DNA of 64,000 nt from contig NW_027266267.1 in assembly GCF_022045235.1 (NCBI RefSeq), positions 26,350,001 through 26,414,000 of the forward strand, given 5' to 3'. Position 1 is the stretch's first letter; each line of letters opens with the position of its first letter. The DNA comes from Haliotis cracherodii. Taxonomy: Eukaryota. Positions 1 to 13,500 of this stretch are shown piece by piece. A program made the translations under genes and the position numbers. The notes beneath the pieces were generated by a model. That model ran no database searches and was not told where the DNA came from. It worked only from the letters and a program-made list of their open reading frames with translations.

Positions 1-160
1 TGGTCAGACTCGCTGACTTGGTTGATTCATTCCATCGATCCCAATTGCGTGGATCGATGCTCATGATATTAAGCACTGGATTTTCTGGTCCAGACTCGAT
101 TATTTACAGACCGCCATCATATAGCTGGAATATTGCTGAGTGTGGCGTTAAACAACAAAC
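1..160 (+). mobile_element. SINE family A, 3' part (probably a Meta-domain SINE)
   Basis: Near-identical to 19914-20075; ends gctggaatattgctgagtgtggcgttaaacaacaaac. Confidence 0.8.
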
Positions 161-1416
161 CATCCTTATGGAAGACGTTTGGTCTGTACCTCAGTTGATA
201 AATAATCTTGAACTACTGGTGTATAGAATTGAATATTTTGGTTGTGTATTTGGATGTACAAGTGATGCCATTCTTACAGTAAAAGAAAGTAAGAAGGGTC
301 TACTAAATCTGAGACACACTTGGCCTTACTTGTGGCCCTGGAAAGTGGGATTATTGGAAAGAGAAACCATGTTTAAATACCTTGTTAATGAACATGGTTG
401 TCTGATGTTTGGCCAATCAAGCAATATAAGGCGACACTTCTTTCATTTTTCATTTAACACATTCAACCAATAAGAGCGAAAAGCCACAATAAAAAACCAA
501 AGTAATGGTACCGTATTCAATTTCTTTTTTAAATTTGATTGACCGCCTATTTGTAGATAATAAAAATAAAAATATACAACTGCAAAATATTTCATTAATA
601 GTACTGTATGACAACATACATAGAATGTCGCCGATGTTAGAAATTAAGGTAACTACATCAATGTAATTTGTTTCAATGCACTGAACCTTTACATGAATGA
701 AGTCTTTGATAGTCTTTTAAAAGTTGGAAGAATATGAAGACATGAAACTTTTTATGCATAAGACGTTTTTCCTGACACAATTTGTTGCATCCTATGCACA
801 AACAAATTGTAAATAGTAAATTGTAAACAAATAATTTACTTTGCATGTCTTGATGGATGGATACCAAAAAACCTTGACTGTATAAAACTTATAAAAATTG
901 TTGATCACATGTTGCATACAGCTGCCTTTTCTATTTCAGTAATAAATACTCAAAGTTTGTGGTTAAGTTTCTTCAATATAACAATGACATCCCCATCTAT
1001 AATAAGCTTAAGGCTTCCGAGCATGTGCAATGATATGATATCTGTAAAATTCTTGGAAATCAAGTGAAACATGCCACATGTCACCAGCCTGGGACCCCCA
1101 TGTTCATGCTGTGGACCCAAAAATTGATTCTAGTCTGTACCGAAAAATTTGAGTCATCTTGTCTGAACCTGGCTCTTAGCTCCATTGTCAGTAGATTTTA
1201 GTGTTATTGAAAACTTATTTTATGACTATTCTTAGCTGAGCCTACTTGGCCAAACAATATGTTAATAGACTCGGGCTTCAGACTAGTGGCTAAAGTTGCT
1301 GAGCCCATGGGGTTTGAAAAGATACCCAGGTACATGATTCTCAGTGTGAGCTGTCACATGTCCAGTGCTGTGTAATGGTTACTGTCAGATGATAAGATTG
1401 TTCATTGTCACTCCAG

Positions 1417-1559
1417 GTGAGTGGGAGCACTGGTCAAACCGTGTGGAAGAGTATATCTACCCGTCTGACAGCGTACCTGAGTTTGCATCTATTCTTGTTC
1501 CGAATGTGGACAACGTGAGAACCAACTTCCTCATTGACACAATATCCAAACAAAACAAG
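1417..1559 (+). CDS. DNAH5: Dynein HC exon w1 ([10 protein letters not shown]...ISKQNK)
   Basis: ctccag|GT acceptor, AAG|gtctgt donor; [11 protein letters not shown] motif. Confidence 0.92.
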
Positions 1560-4500
1560 GTCTGTACTGTGTATAATTTTACATTCTGAAGAACCATTTC
1601 CATTTACAGATATGAATGGTCATATTGAAACAGTTATGAAATAAATCACTTGAGAGTGAGTTTTGCAGAGATGCCAACCATTAAGATTTTGGTGGATTCA
1701 TTATATTTTTCTCCAAATTCCATCAATACAATAAAGTACAAATATTATGAAGGTTGGTAAAATATAAAGCTAGTGTTTAGTTATTGATTTTGATCTGTCA
1801 CAGCGGTTGTGACAAGTAGCTTGTTGGTTCAAAAAAACATATACAATATGTTGATATGACTGTAGAAAATATTTTTTTCTCTGTAATGTTTGGTATAAAT
1901 AAATTATCACAAGCATTGTCAAATAGTTTGAAATTTGACTGGAAGCATCCCTTGGTGGTGGGGATTTAAAATTTTACAAATGGTAATGCTGACCCCCAGG
2001 GGACTGAGGGGCGGGGCCAATTGTGGTAATTTGCCCATATTGCTTTAATCAACTTCTTCTCTGGAATTAAGAGATAGATATCAACCATATTTGGTTGGAA
2101 GCATTCTTCGGTGGTGATAATTCAAAATTGTACAAATGGAAGGGCTGACCCTCCAAGGAGCTGAGGGCGTAGCCAAAAAATGGGTAATTTGGCTATATTG
2201 CTTTTAGCAACTTCTTCTCTGGAACTAAGAAATATTTATCAAACATATTTGGTTGGAAGCATTCTCCAATGGTGGGGATTCAAATTGGAGAAATGGAAGG
2301 GGTGATCTTTATGTTACATTTGTATCTGTAGAAGTACACTCTCATGCTGTCAGATTTGCCACCCACCCCTTTTATATGCTGACAGTCAAAATTACAAAAT
2401 ATTTGCAGGATTATATACATGTAGAATGCAAATGTATATTTTGTCATGATTGCGTAAATATCCAGATGAGCGATACAGTCCCTATGGGCCTCTTGTTTAT
2501 CTTGTTTTGACATGTACAGTCAGTCATGGTATTCATGCTAATAAAGATGACTATGTTTGTGTTTGATTACTAATTTGTGACCCCAATTATCCTGGATACT
2601 TCTTATTATCCCCCCGGGCTCCTTCTGTCCGTCCGTCTGTCACATTTCGTTTCCGGAGCATAACTCAGAAACCGTTTAATATTGTTTCATGAAACTTTGA
2701 AGGTCTGTCAAGTACATGCTGAACTGGTGCCTTTTGCTATTTAGAAATTTTAGAAATTTTTATTTTTTACGTGTCCAAGGCAACAAGATGGACTTAGGTT
2801 CCAAACTCTTCTTTTTTTTAAAATTTCCATTACAAGTTCCACCTCGGTTAAAAAAGGTTAGGGTTATGTCATAAATTCTGCAACAGGGGAGGGGGATATA
2901 TAGAGGTTATCACGCGAGTGTGTTTGTGGATGGTAAATATCCTGCATTAGGAATAAACATTGTATTTAGCGAGCCTTGAATGATAACCTCTTTATCATAT
3001 AATGTCATTCTTTAATTCTGTGCTTTAAAATCGCTTTCCCTCTCTCACAAACATTACCGAAACATTGCGAGTTTTCCTGGAATGCACGCATTAATATTTA
3101 TTACATCACAGGGTAAGTGATGTGTCAGTAGGACTGTGACAGTAGCCAATATAGTTCCAACTGAAATCTGTTTCATATACAGTGGCGAAGCAACTTATAC
3201 GCAAACCAACAGTTGTTTTTAATTGCCTTTCGTGGCAATCCATCGGTCTGCCCACTAGAGTAACTGCCCTTTGTCAAAGGGAAGCTACTCTAACCCTAGT
3301 CTATGAGACGTCACGGCCACGGTCAGACGTTGACAGTTGGTCTGTCCTTTCATAACGTTAAGAAGTGTAGTCAGATGTATACACAGCGACAAATCGAAAC
3401 AAGGTATCAGTTCAAACATATTTCGGCCGAATCCAACCATTTTGATGTGTGGAGAAGGTTTCAAGCCACAGAGGTCTACAAGCACAGATATGGCTACTGA
3501 TCCCGCTTGGCTAGGCCTCGTGTCCTCGCAAAATTGTTTCGAAATTTAGATATCTCGAAAGTTGTCAAAACTTATAAAATGCTTTAGCTACGTCACGGTT
3601 AGACACTGATTTTCAGTATATTAGACTGTTCGTTTGATAATGATAGCAATTATCCCTGTAGTTTATCCAGATTCACGATGGTTAATTATGACTCGATCGC
3701 CGAATGACGAGGGCGACGCCATGTTTGTTTATAAACAGTGAAAGTAGTCCTAATTGACCTTTGATATTTGCATCTCTATACGCATATGACCCCAACGGAT
3801 ATCGTTTTTATCCGTTGGCTTTATCCTGCCGAGAAACCTACCCATTATATGATAAAGCCACATTAGTGGCAAACTCTTGTTTCCTTCTTTATGTCCCGCT
3901 ACGTAAATTTTATATGATAACATATAGGAGATAAATCGGGGATTTTTTAACAGTTCGTTGTATCCATTTGTTTGCTCTATCCGTATTTGTTATATCTGTG
4001 TTCTACTGTTCTTGTGAATCTTGTCTCCAGGCAGTGCTACTGATTGGTGAGCAGGGTACAGCTAAGACTGTTATGATCAAGGGTTACATGTCCAGGTATG
4101 ACCCTGATGTTCACCTCAGCAAGAGTTTCAATTTCTCCTCTGCTTCCACACCCATGATGTTCCAGGTGAGAACAACTAGCCTTCTAAATGAATGCTTGTC
4201 CGCTATCTGGGCGTGTAGCATTTGAGGGCTTTGCTACTTATTGGAACTGAATAAAATTAACTGATTATGTAAATATGGAAAATATTTTTGTCTTGTTGAA
4301 GCAGGACCAGCTACAAACTCAGAGGACTAATGAAATAAGGTTTTTTAAGGCTATTCCACTTTACCTGACACTTCACTTTGTTAGGCGTACCTGGACATAA
4401 CAAATAAAATTGGACAGAGTGTTTTGCAGGCTGCTATAATAAAAGTGGGAATAGCGAGAGTGTGGTGTTAAACAAGTGAAAAAACAATAGTATTTTGGAT

Positions 4501-7500
4501 TAAATAGAGCTACGAAAAAACACCTCCAAAGAGCACTATTTCTGTTTGTCTGATTGATTTTGCAAATCACTTCATAAAGCCTATGAAAGATTCATATCAT
4601 GATTTATGATATAGTTCTGGATGAATGAGTAAAATACTGCCCAGATTAAATAATTAATATGATAATAATTGAGAGTATTTATTCTTTCTGATGATAAATG
4701 TCCTTGATTTTAGGATGTTTATGAATGTGTTATGTTTCCACCCATGTTTTGTCAGAGAACAGTAGAGAGTTTTGTTGAGAAGAGGATGGGCAGCACTTAC
4801 GGCCCGCCAAGTGGTAGAAAGATGACAGTGTTTGTGGATGATATTAACATGCCTACCATCAATCCATGGGGAGATCAGGTCAGTCGGACACAATACTTAC
4901 AATTAAATCACACTTTGGTTCAAAATTCAATTCAGCACCATCAAATCCACAGATAGTATAGTTTATATTTGAAAGCATTTTCCTTCAGACCAGTGTTTTG
5001 ATTGGGTTGCCAATTTGAATTAATGAATAAATTTTAGTGAAACATTGTTTTGTTTTTTCATCCATATACTTTTCTCTAATATGATAGGCATTGACAGTGT
5101 TTGGCAAAACTTTAACTTCAATAAACATAAATTGGACATCTACAGGAAAGCTTTGTGAGTAAGGTTTAGTTATTATAATACCACAACATTCATGTGGCGC
5201 AGGGGGCATGAGTGGCCCAGTCGTCTAAGTGGTCGCAATTCGCTGTGCAGAGTTGCGTCCCTTGGGCACGCCAGAAACCTATGATTGTGAGTTCGAATCC
5301 TGGTTCGCCCTGATTATGTTTCTAGGTTTGTCAGCACCATACCCGTGCTCATTGGTTTCACCGAAGTTGTAAATGTCTAAGACTTGCATCACTTCAGGCT
5401 TTCCTCCCACATTAAGCTGACACACCATGATATAACTGGAATACAGTTAAAAGCAGCGTTAAACATAACCAGTGCCGTAGCCAGCCGGGGTTGTAATCTT
5501 ATTTGTCAGATACAGATTTGATTGTTAAAAGCCTGCAGTATCATTGCTGGAATATTGTGTAGCATAAGACAGCATTTTTTCCCAAACTGTCTAGTTATGC
5601 CAGAAAACAGTCACTAAATATTGCCTGTTCAGTAGAGTGTATATGCACTTAATCTCTTATACCCTTTATAAACCTGTACTGGTGTTTACTTTCGATCTAG
5701 AATTCTTATGTAAAGTTTACTTTTGATAAAAATAAAGTATACATATATGTAGGTGAGGGATTATGTAAGATGTTGGAATATGGATTTTATAAATATTTTA
5801 GCCTATTAATAGACTATCCCAAGTTTAGAAGACTGACATTAAAAAATGAATGGATGCAGGTAAACTGACGTAGTGTATCTGTGGCAGGTAACTAATGAGA
5901 TCACCCGTCAGATGATGGAGATGCATGGCATGTACAGTCTGGACAAGCCCGGAGACTTCCTGTCCATCGTAGATGTACAGTTTATTGCAGCTATGATTCA
6001 TCCAGGCGGAGGTCGCAATGACATTCCACAGAGACTCAAGAGACAGTTTTGTATCTTCAACTGTACTCTGCCTTCAAACAGTTCCATCGACAAGGTTTTT
6101 GGTAAATTCATAAAGAAAGAAGCATGTTAGTCAAACATTAAGATTAAAGTGAAGCCTTAAATTGATACAACACCGCACCGCGATGTACCAAACCTTGTAT
6201 ACAGCATTGGGTACCCCTTGGTTTCCAAGAATTCATAAAAAATATCCCTAAAAAGCACAATCATGTATTCAGTGGAATACAGTCTGTGACATAAACATTT
6301 GAGTTCAGCTGCTAACTTGGCTGTTGGCAGATGGATAGATTTTATTGTTAGAATGTAGAGTATCATTAGCTGTGATTACTAAACTAAACTGAATTTTACT
6401 TTACACAAGCTTCAGACGAGAAGATTTAAGTCGCATTCATGGAATTAGTCTTAGGTCAATTCTATTTCCTACATATATGCATGATAACTGATATATTTGT
6501 CACAAAGACATAGTATTTGCTATATTCTAATTCTATTAAGAAAAAGTCTCTCCCAGATTATTATCTCGGAGTTCAATCTTTCTATCATCAACTCCTACAA
6601 AGACATTCCTCGTAATCCATAAATTGGGGACACAAATGGTAAGTTTGTCACATAAATTCTTTTAAGTTTCGGTAAACTGGTTAATGATTACTTGATACAC
6701 CTTTCCCAGTGGTAGATCTAACAGTTTTAGTCCACTAGTCCTTATAATGATAATACATGTGTATTGTGAAACCCTTAAAACTCGCAAATATCTACTTGTC
6801 CTTATGATACCTTTATAATTGAGCAGTTTGGCAAGGACTACAGGACTAGTGCCAATTTCGAACTGTTTTTGTATTTTAGGGCGATGGAGTAGCCTAGAGG
6901 ATGAAGTAGCCTAGAGGTTGTAGTGTTTTTTGTCATGGCAATGGGTTGGAATCGATTTCAACATGTGAAGCCAATTTCTGGTGTTACCTGCCATGTTATT
7001 GATGGAATATTGCAGAAAGTGGTGTAAAACAATACTCAATCATTTAGCATGTATGTATATGTGAATTTTTACCCTGTTGCAACTGCTTCATACGGAAGCC
7101 TTTTAGGACCATTTGTTTTTTTAAAATTTTTTCTTGAAATTTCAAGTTAATATCTTGAAATCATTATTTTGAAATTTCAAATTAGTATGTACTTGAAATG
7201 TCAAGTCAGTATCTTGAAATTTCATCTTAGTATCTTGAAATGTCAACTTTGTTTTTTGGAATTTTTAGAAAAAAACAAAAGGCCCTTTGAGTCAAAGGCT
7301 TCCGTGGCATCAAATTAATGTGAGTAGTGCTGAAAACCAAGGTCTGCTTTCAGGTATCATTGGTGAAGGCTATTTCTGTACAAGCAGATTTAACCCAGAG
7401 ATCTGTGATGTCATCAAAATACTAGTTCCATCTACCAGAATTCTCTGGCAACAAACAAAGGTACCTCTATTACATCTTTGCCATAAATCCTGTATAATTC

Positions 7501-10500
7501 TTGCGAGTCCTCTACCTCTTACATCTTTGCCATAAATCCTGTATTTTGGCTTCAGTCACACTAACTAAATTTTCAGATTTTCAACAGTCGTGCTCTTCAC
7601 TGTCAATTAAACACAATTAGTTGTTTCCAAATAGCACTAAAGTAACCCAAGCTGTGACGTGCATAATGGCGGGAAACCTCACTTCTTTCCTGTGTGTGCT
7701 AGAGCCAACACCTGTTGTTATAGTTCTAATGATCTAGCACTTGGTTGTAGTCACTTTAATCTAAGATTGTTCTATAGTTTTCTTAAAACAGATATATTAA
7801 GTCATATTAAGAGCTGCTAATTGAAGTGACGATCGTTCTCACGTAAGTATTGTTTGTGTGAGGTGTTTGTGAGTTCGTCATGGAGTCACTCCCTCCTGCC
7901 TTTAAGAAATGTGGCCATTTTATGATCACGGAAGATCCTCACAAAAACTGCCGGAAGTGCAGATGCAATGAAGAGGCAAGATGCGATCAGTGCTCTACTC
8001 TGTCTAAGAAGGCATTCAACAAACAGAAGCCTTGACTTAAGCTAGAAGAAGAGAAGCTGCTAAGAAAATGACGTGATTGCAGCTATTTACTCTGACCCTG
8101 TCATAGCATCTCTACCTTCTACTCTGTCGATTGAATCTACTTACTATGAACATGTTGGAACAGCTCTTCAACCAGCAGAAGAAGATGATGGAGTCACTAT
8201 TTGAGCCCCCCTTCTCAGCTATATCTCAGGAGATTGAGATACTTAAAAAGAAGCAGACAGTATTTGATAAGAAGAGTCCTCCAGCCAAGAGGCCACATGG
8301 AGGACAGCCATCTGATCAGGCCTACCCCAGATGACCATACAGACTAGCCGGATAGAAGCTCCCAAGCTTAACCCTCCCATGAAACTCAGGCATCTAGAAC
8401 TCTGCTTGGGTCCCGTCAGGGTACAACAAGGCCATCTTCCTAATCTATGACACCGTGCAGTCACCACACGGACCCCACGGTAGCCCAGGAGACCGTTACG
8501 GGTGTGTCACTTCAACTGTATGGTCACCATCAAACGACGGAACCCAAGCCGGTCGCTTGTTTTTTGAAAGAGAACCATCATTCCCGTACGGGTTTTGCTA
8601 TACACAGGCAGTCGTCATAAGCCGCATGGACTTTACTCATAGCAGAGTCCTGGACACCAGCGGATGACGAACCACACAGTTGAGTGTATGGATTATGACG
8701 AACATCCACCCACGGTCATTCTGAGGCTGAATCGGACCTACATGAGGAGGTGAATCACTCTGACCATTCACCCCAGCGGGATTATACAGAGGGATACATC
8801 TTTGTGGAACTCATTGAGGAGTTATATCATCTTATGCCTGTACTCCAACCTCCAATGACAGACATGATGATTGGCTACCCTTACCCCCATTGAAACGGAA
8901 GTTGTATCAAACCCATGAATCTCTACTTCTGGACCATAAAGTTTTGGATGAGGACTTTATTAAGCTTTTAGACAACTGGATTAAAAACCTGTCTATGGCA
9001 TCCAGACATTCAATTGACATTGGCGCTTATATCAACTGGTTTGTCGCAGTAATCAGGCACATCATTCCGCTGTTGCAGACATCACATGATGGCATATCTG
9101 GAGAGAATCCTCTGACTATTAGGACTGATTGGGTCGGATTCATCCTCAGCATGCTAGACACCATAGTCAGAATGCAGGAAGCCTTACTCTTAAATTGGGA
9201 CCTGTCATAGATGAGGTCAGACAAGACACAACTGAACGATGCCAGGTGTCGACTATCAACCTAGCTGTTACACATGGATCTTCCTATCCCCCAAAGCATA
9301 CCTCGGATAAAAAAGACTCGGACGTTAGATAGATATCCTCTAGTCCGAGACAAGCTAGCGGCAGCAGATCTGGCCATCAGGAAGCTACTAAAGAAGCAAG
9401 CTATTTGGAAACTATCGGAGATCATCATTTTACTCTCCGGTATTCTTAGTTCTGAAGAAGAATTCTGCCGACATGAGGATGATAATAGACTTTAAGATCT
9501 TCAACAAAAAATTCCTGGTACCTCCTCAAAAGTTCCAAATGGAATCCGTACGGATTACAGCGCCAGTCATCAGGTTTGCCGACCTCCAGCTAGTACAAAT
9601 GCATGAATACGTGGACGATTTCCTGACAGCAGACCAAGAAGCTCAGTTACACCAGAACATGCTATTTCTGGTCCAGCTTATGACCTACCTAGACTTCCTA
9701 GTCAATCCCTCCAAGTCCGAAACAACTGGGGTTCAAGACATCGTATACATTGAAGCGCATTTCCAACTTCACAAGGGATATCTATGTCCACCAGAGGATT
9801 GATTCGGCAAGACTATTACGATGATTCAATACCTATCAATTTATCCCAGCAGGTCCTTAAGTGGTGGATATCTCTTCTAGGCAACGTAACAGGATTTGAC
9901 CTTCACAGGAAGGTTGATGTTACGTCTTCTACAGACATGGATCAACTTATCACGATCCCACACACATGAGTTCACGCCTCAGCTACCTCCTAACTTGTTA
10001 CGGGACCTGCACTGATATACTCACAGAGAGCACCTGATGAAGCAGCATTATTCAGACTTCTCTGACGCCTGAACACCATCTATTTACAGACGTGTTAGAT
10101 TTAGGGTGGGGAGCCTATATGGACGATCTCACGGTACAAGGATCTTGGAACACTTGAGAGAGGATCCTACATATCAACTGCAAGGAAATAAAGGCCATTT
10201 ATTATGCCATCCTGGCATGGAAAATATGTCTATCCCAATGAACCATCCTCATAGCCACGGACAACAGCACAGTAGTGGCATACATCCAAGACAGGGTTTG
10301 TGTACATTCTGCTCCTCTACCTCATACATACTGCAATTGTAGTCACTATTTTAACCAGCAAAGAAAGCAAAGTCATAGCTCTAGCATGAGGGAAGCCAGT
10401 AAGTGCTGTAAACCAACAAGTTCTCAGCTTACATCACACAAACAGCTTTGTTTCTCACAATGGCACTACTACACTGCATAACATCTGTATGCCAGCAGGG

Positions 10501-13500
10501 GTGATGGAAGAACATTGAAAATGACAAGGTAGACACAATTTTATGGATAAGAACCAGTCTTGCTTGACAATGGTATAAGGATCTATACCAAAACGTCACT
10601 TTTTTTACAGTATTACAGAAGTTGTTATCCATAAAATTGTGTCTACATTGTCATCCATCAACTTCTAAGTAATGCCTATCAAACAAAACATTGTGAAGTT
10701 TTAACAATGAGAAGCCCAGAATTGAGTCTCTCAACATCATTTTTAGAAGATTTTAGTATTAAACTATGAAATTTATTAGCCATGTATACTGGACAAAACA
10801 TAATTTACAATACTGGGTCTTCAGACAAACGAATTTGGCAACTTGGATGAGAGTATATTTCTAACATGTTCCTTTCATATACTTACAGATCAAGATGCTG
10901 CCAACACCAGCCAAGTTTCACTACATCTTCAATTTGAGAGATTTATCCCGAATCTGGCAGGGTATGCTGACCATTGCTGGTGCGGAGTGCCAGGCTACAG
11001 CTATGATACTGGCTCTGTGGAAACACGAATGTACACGAGTCATAGCTGACAGGTATACATGTGATAGATGAGAAAGATAAACAACAAGGACATGTTCCTC
11101 AATGCTATCGTAGTGCTATGATGATTGTAATTTCCATACTTCAACATAGACTTATGACAGTCGTAGCGCTACAACTGCTTTGTGGAATGGGACCCTGAAC
11201 AGCAAAAGTAATAATAATTCTATATGAAGCATTGTATAAAAGATAAACCTGTTTAGGGTTTTGAGGTTCCAAACATTGATTTTATTTAAAATGAGTGGAC
11301 AGTAAGATGTGACAATGTGACAGTGGTACTGGGCTGGCCGCATGGAACTCTGGGTAGGAGAGTTATTGGCATCATACGACCAAGGCATTTATTTTGTAAT
11401 CTAAGATTTGATAAACACTGTCTTCCAATCTAATCAAGCTGGCAATTAGAATTAGTATTTTGTTACTCATCTGTAAGAAAAACACATGAGCCTTCTCTTC
11501 AGTTTGCCCTTTTGATGTGACATCAGACTCGGAAATTATTTCATAAGCAATTAAAAAACACACAATTGCCAACATACTGTCCATTTAAACAAACCATTCT
11601 TACTGCATTGATAATTCAGTTGTTTGTTGGTATCCTGTCCAAAATGTCTTGGAACACTTGTTTTAGGTGATCTTGGTACGGCAATATTTAATAAGTATTT
11701 GTAATATTGATATTTGAAATTACACACCCTTTTTATCCACCACAACATGTTTTGTGGGGGGTATTTAAATGGACTAATGGTCTGTGAAAGATGCTGTTTC
11801 TGGAGCAGATCTTGAAAACTGTACAATATTTCTTCACCAAACTGTGCACATAGATAGGTCTCATGGAGAACTGGTGCCTTTTGATAGTTTGGGATTTTTT
11901 AAAGAAATAATTTTTCGAGTTTACATGGCAATATTTTTTATGTATCTATTCACGACAAGTATTTACCATTGCAGGGAATATCAATGACTTTGTCCTCTTT
12001 TTGAGATGAAAATGCATTCAAATGGATTTTTTGTTGACAGTATGACTAAATCAGTGAGCTCAACAAGTTATTCAAGGTCTAAACAGAGTCTTACTAACCA
12101 CAAAATATTGCAACCTGTACACACAGACATGACAAATAGACACAAATAATATCACATTAGAAGTAATGGAGTATGGATGTTGGAATCATTGACAAGAAAT
12201 AGAATCAATGTTCTGACATTTTGATACATACAAGGAAATCCCTTTTTATGACAAGCATGAGGCATAACACATTGTATTTCTTTGCTGTTGAAAGAGTGGC
12301 CATCTTGCGAACCCCATTTAAATGCCTTGGACCCCAAAAATGTATTAGCAATAGTCCCAAGGACTTGCAAATATATACCCCTCTCCAACCATTGTTTATA
12401 CAACTGTAAAATCAACGGGAATTGATTTTAGCTTCACTGGTTATCACATGTTAGGTCACATGTGCAATATGCAAATACTTACCGGTACTTCCGGCTCTCT
12501 ACTCAAAGATGTTGATTGTTTTACCGTGTCAGCTGGCTTGACAATGTGGATCAAGGCGATTATTTCAACTTTATTTGCAGAAAATATTCAGATACAAATC
12601 ATGTTTATGTATGGAAATAGTTATTGGAACAGTTATTTAGGACGAAATGTAAAGTTTCATCGTCAAATGCTGGGCTTGCTATTGAACGCCGGTTGACATC
12701 GCCGAAGCTGAAAGTGAAACAACTAGAAAAAATTGTGAGATCTTCGACTCCGTGTATAAGACGACCTCGCTTCTTAACCCCCTCATTCTAGGTACGAAAA
12801 ACTCACCTTATACACATCGATATACGGTAGAGTGAGGTAAAACATTGATAGATCTGATACCACTAGCTGACAAATAAGAATTTGAAATATATACTAAGAA
12901 TTATACACTGACCTTAAACTGTTTCTACAGATTCACCAATGCAGAAGACAAGCATTGGTTTGAAAGTGCCCTGATGCAGGTGTTGCGGAACCAGGCAGGT
13001 GATGAGGCTGTGAGCGTGACAGACCCAGAGCCCTACTTTGTGGACTTCCTCCGAGAAGAGCCGGAACCTACTGGAGAGGAGGACGATGATGCTTCATTAG
13101 AGGCACCCAAGGTGTATGAAAAGGTTGTTAGACTACCATCTTTGTCCCCAGCAACCTATGCTGGTTGTAAGAGGCATACTCTATTTAGTGACTTCATGGA
13201 TAGGAGGGTCAGACTTGGAGACATGGTTAATAGAATACCTTCTTACCTTGACAGTGTGGATCGTTGCACATGTAATATTGCGAAGTGGGAGGTTAACAAA
13301 CATACTTTTTACTTAATTAATTAAGTATATGTAATAATATAAGAAAAATGGAAATAAAAATAAAATGTTCCTATAAAACTTGTTCAGAATATTACATTGA
13401 AAAGTCTCCAAATGCCATTCACATTAAGTAGATATATGGGAGAATTGTCAGTACCAATGGGTTAGATGAAATTGTTTCATAATTACACTTAGATGGGTGT

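Noticed and set aside
18-473. 151-aa ORF
   Set aside because: Starts inside a SINE A copy (same peptide at 19913); no recognisable domain
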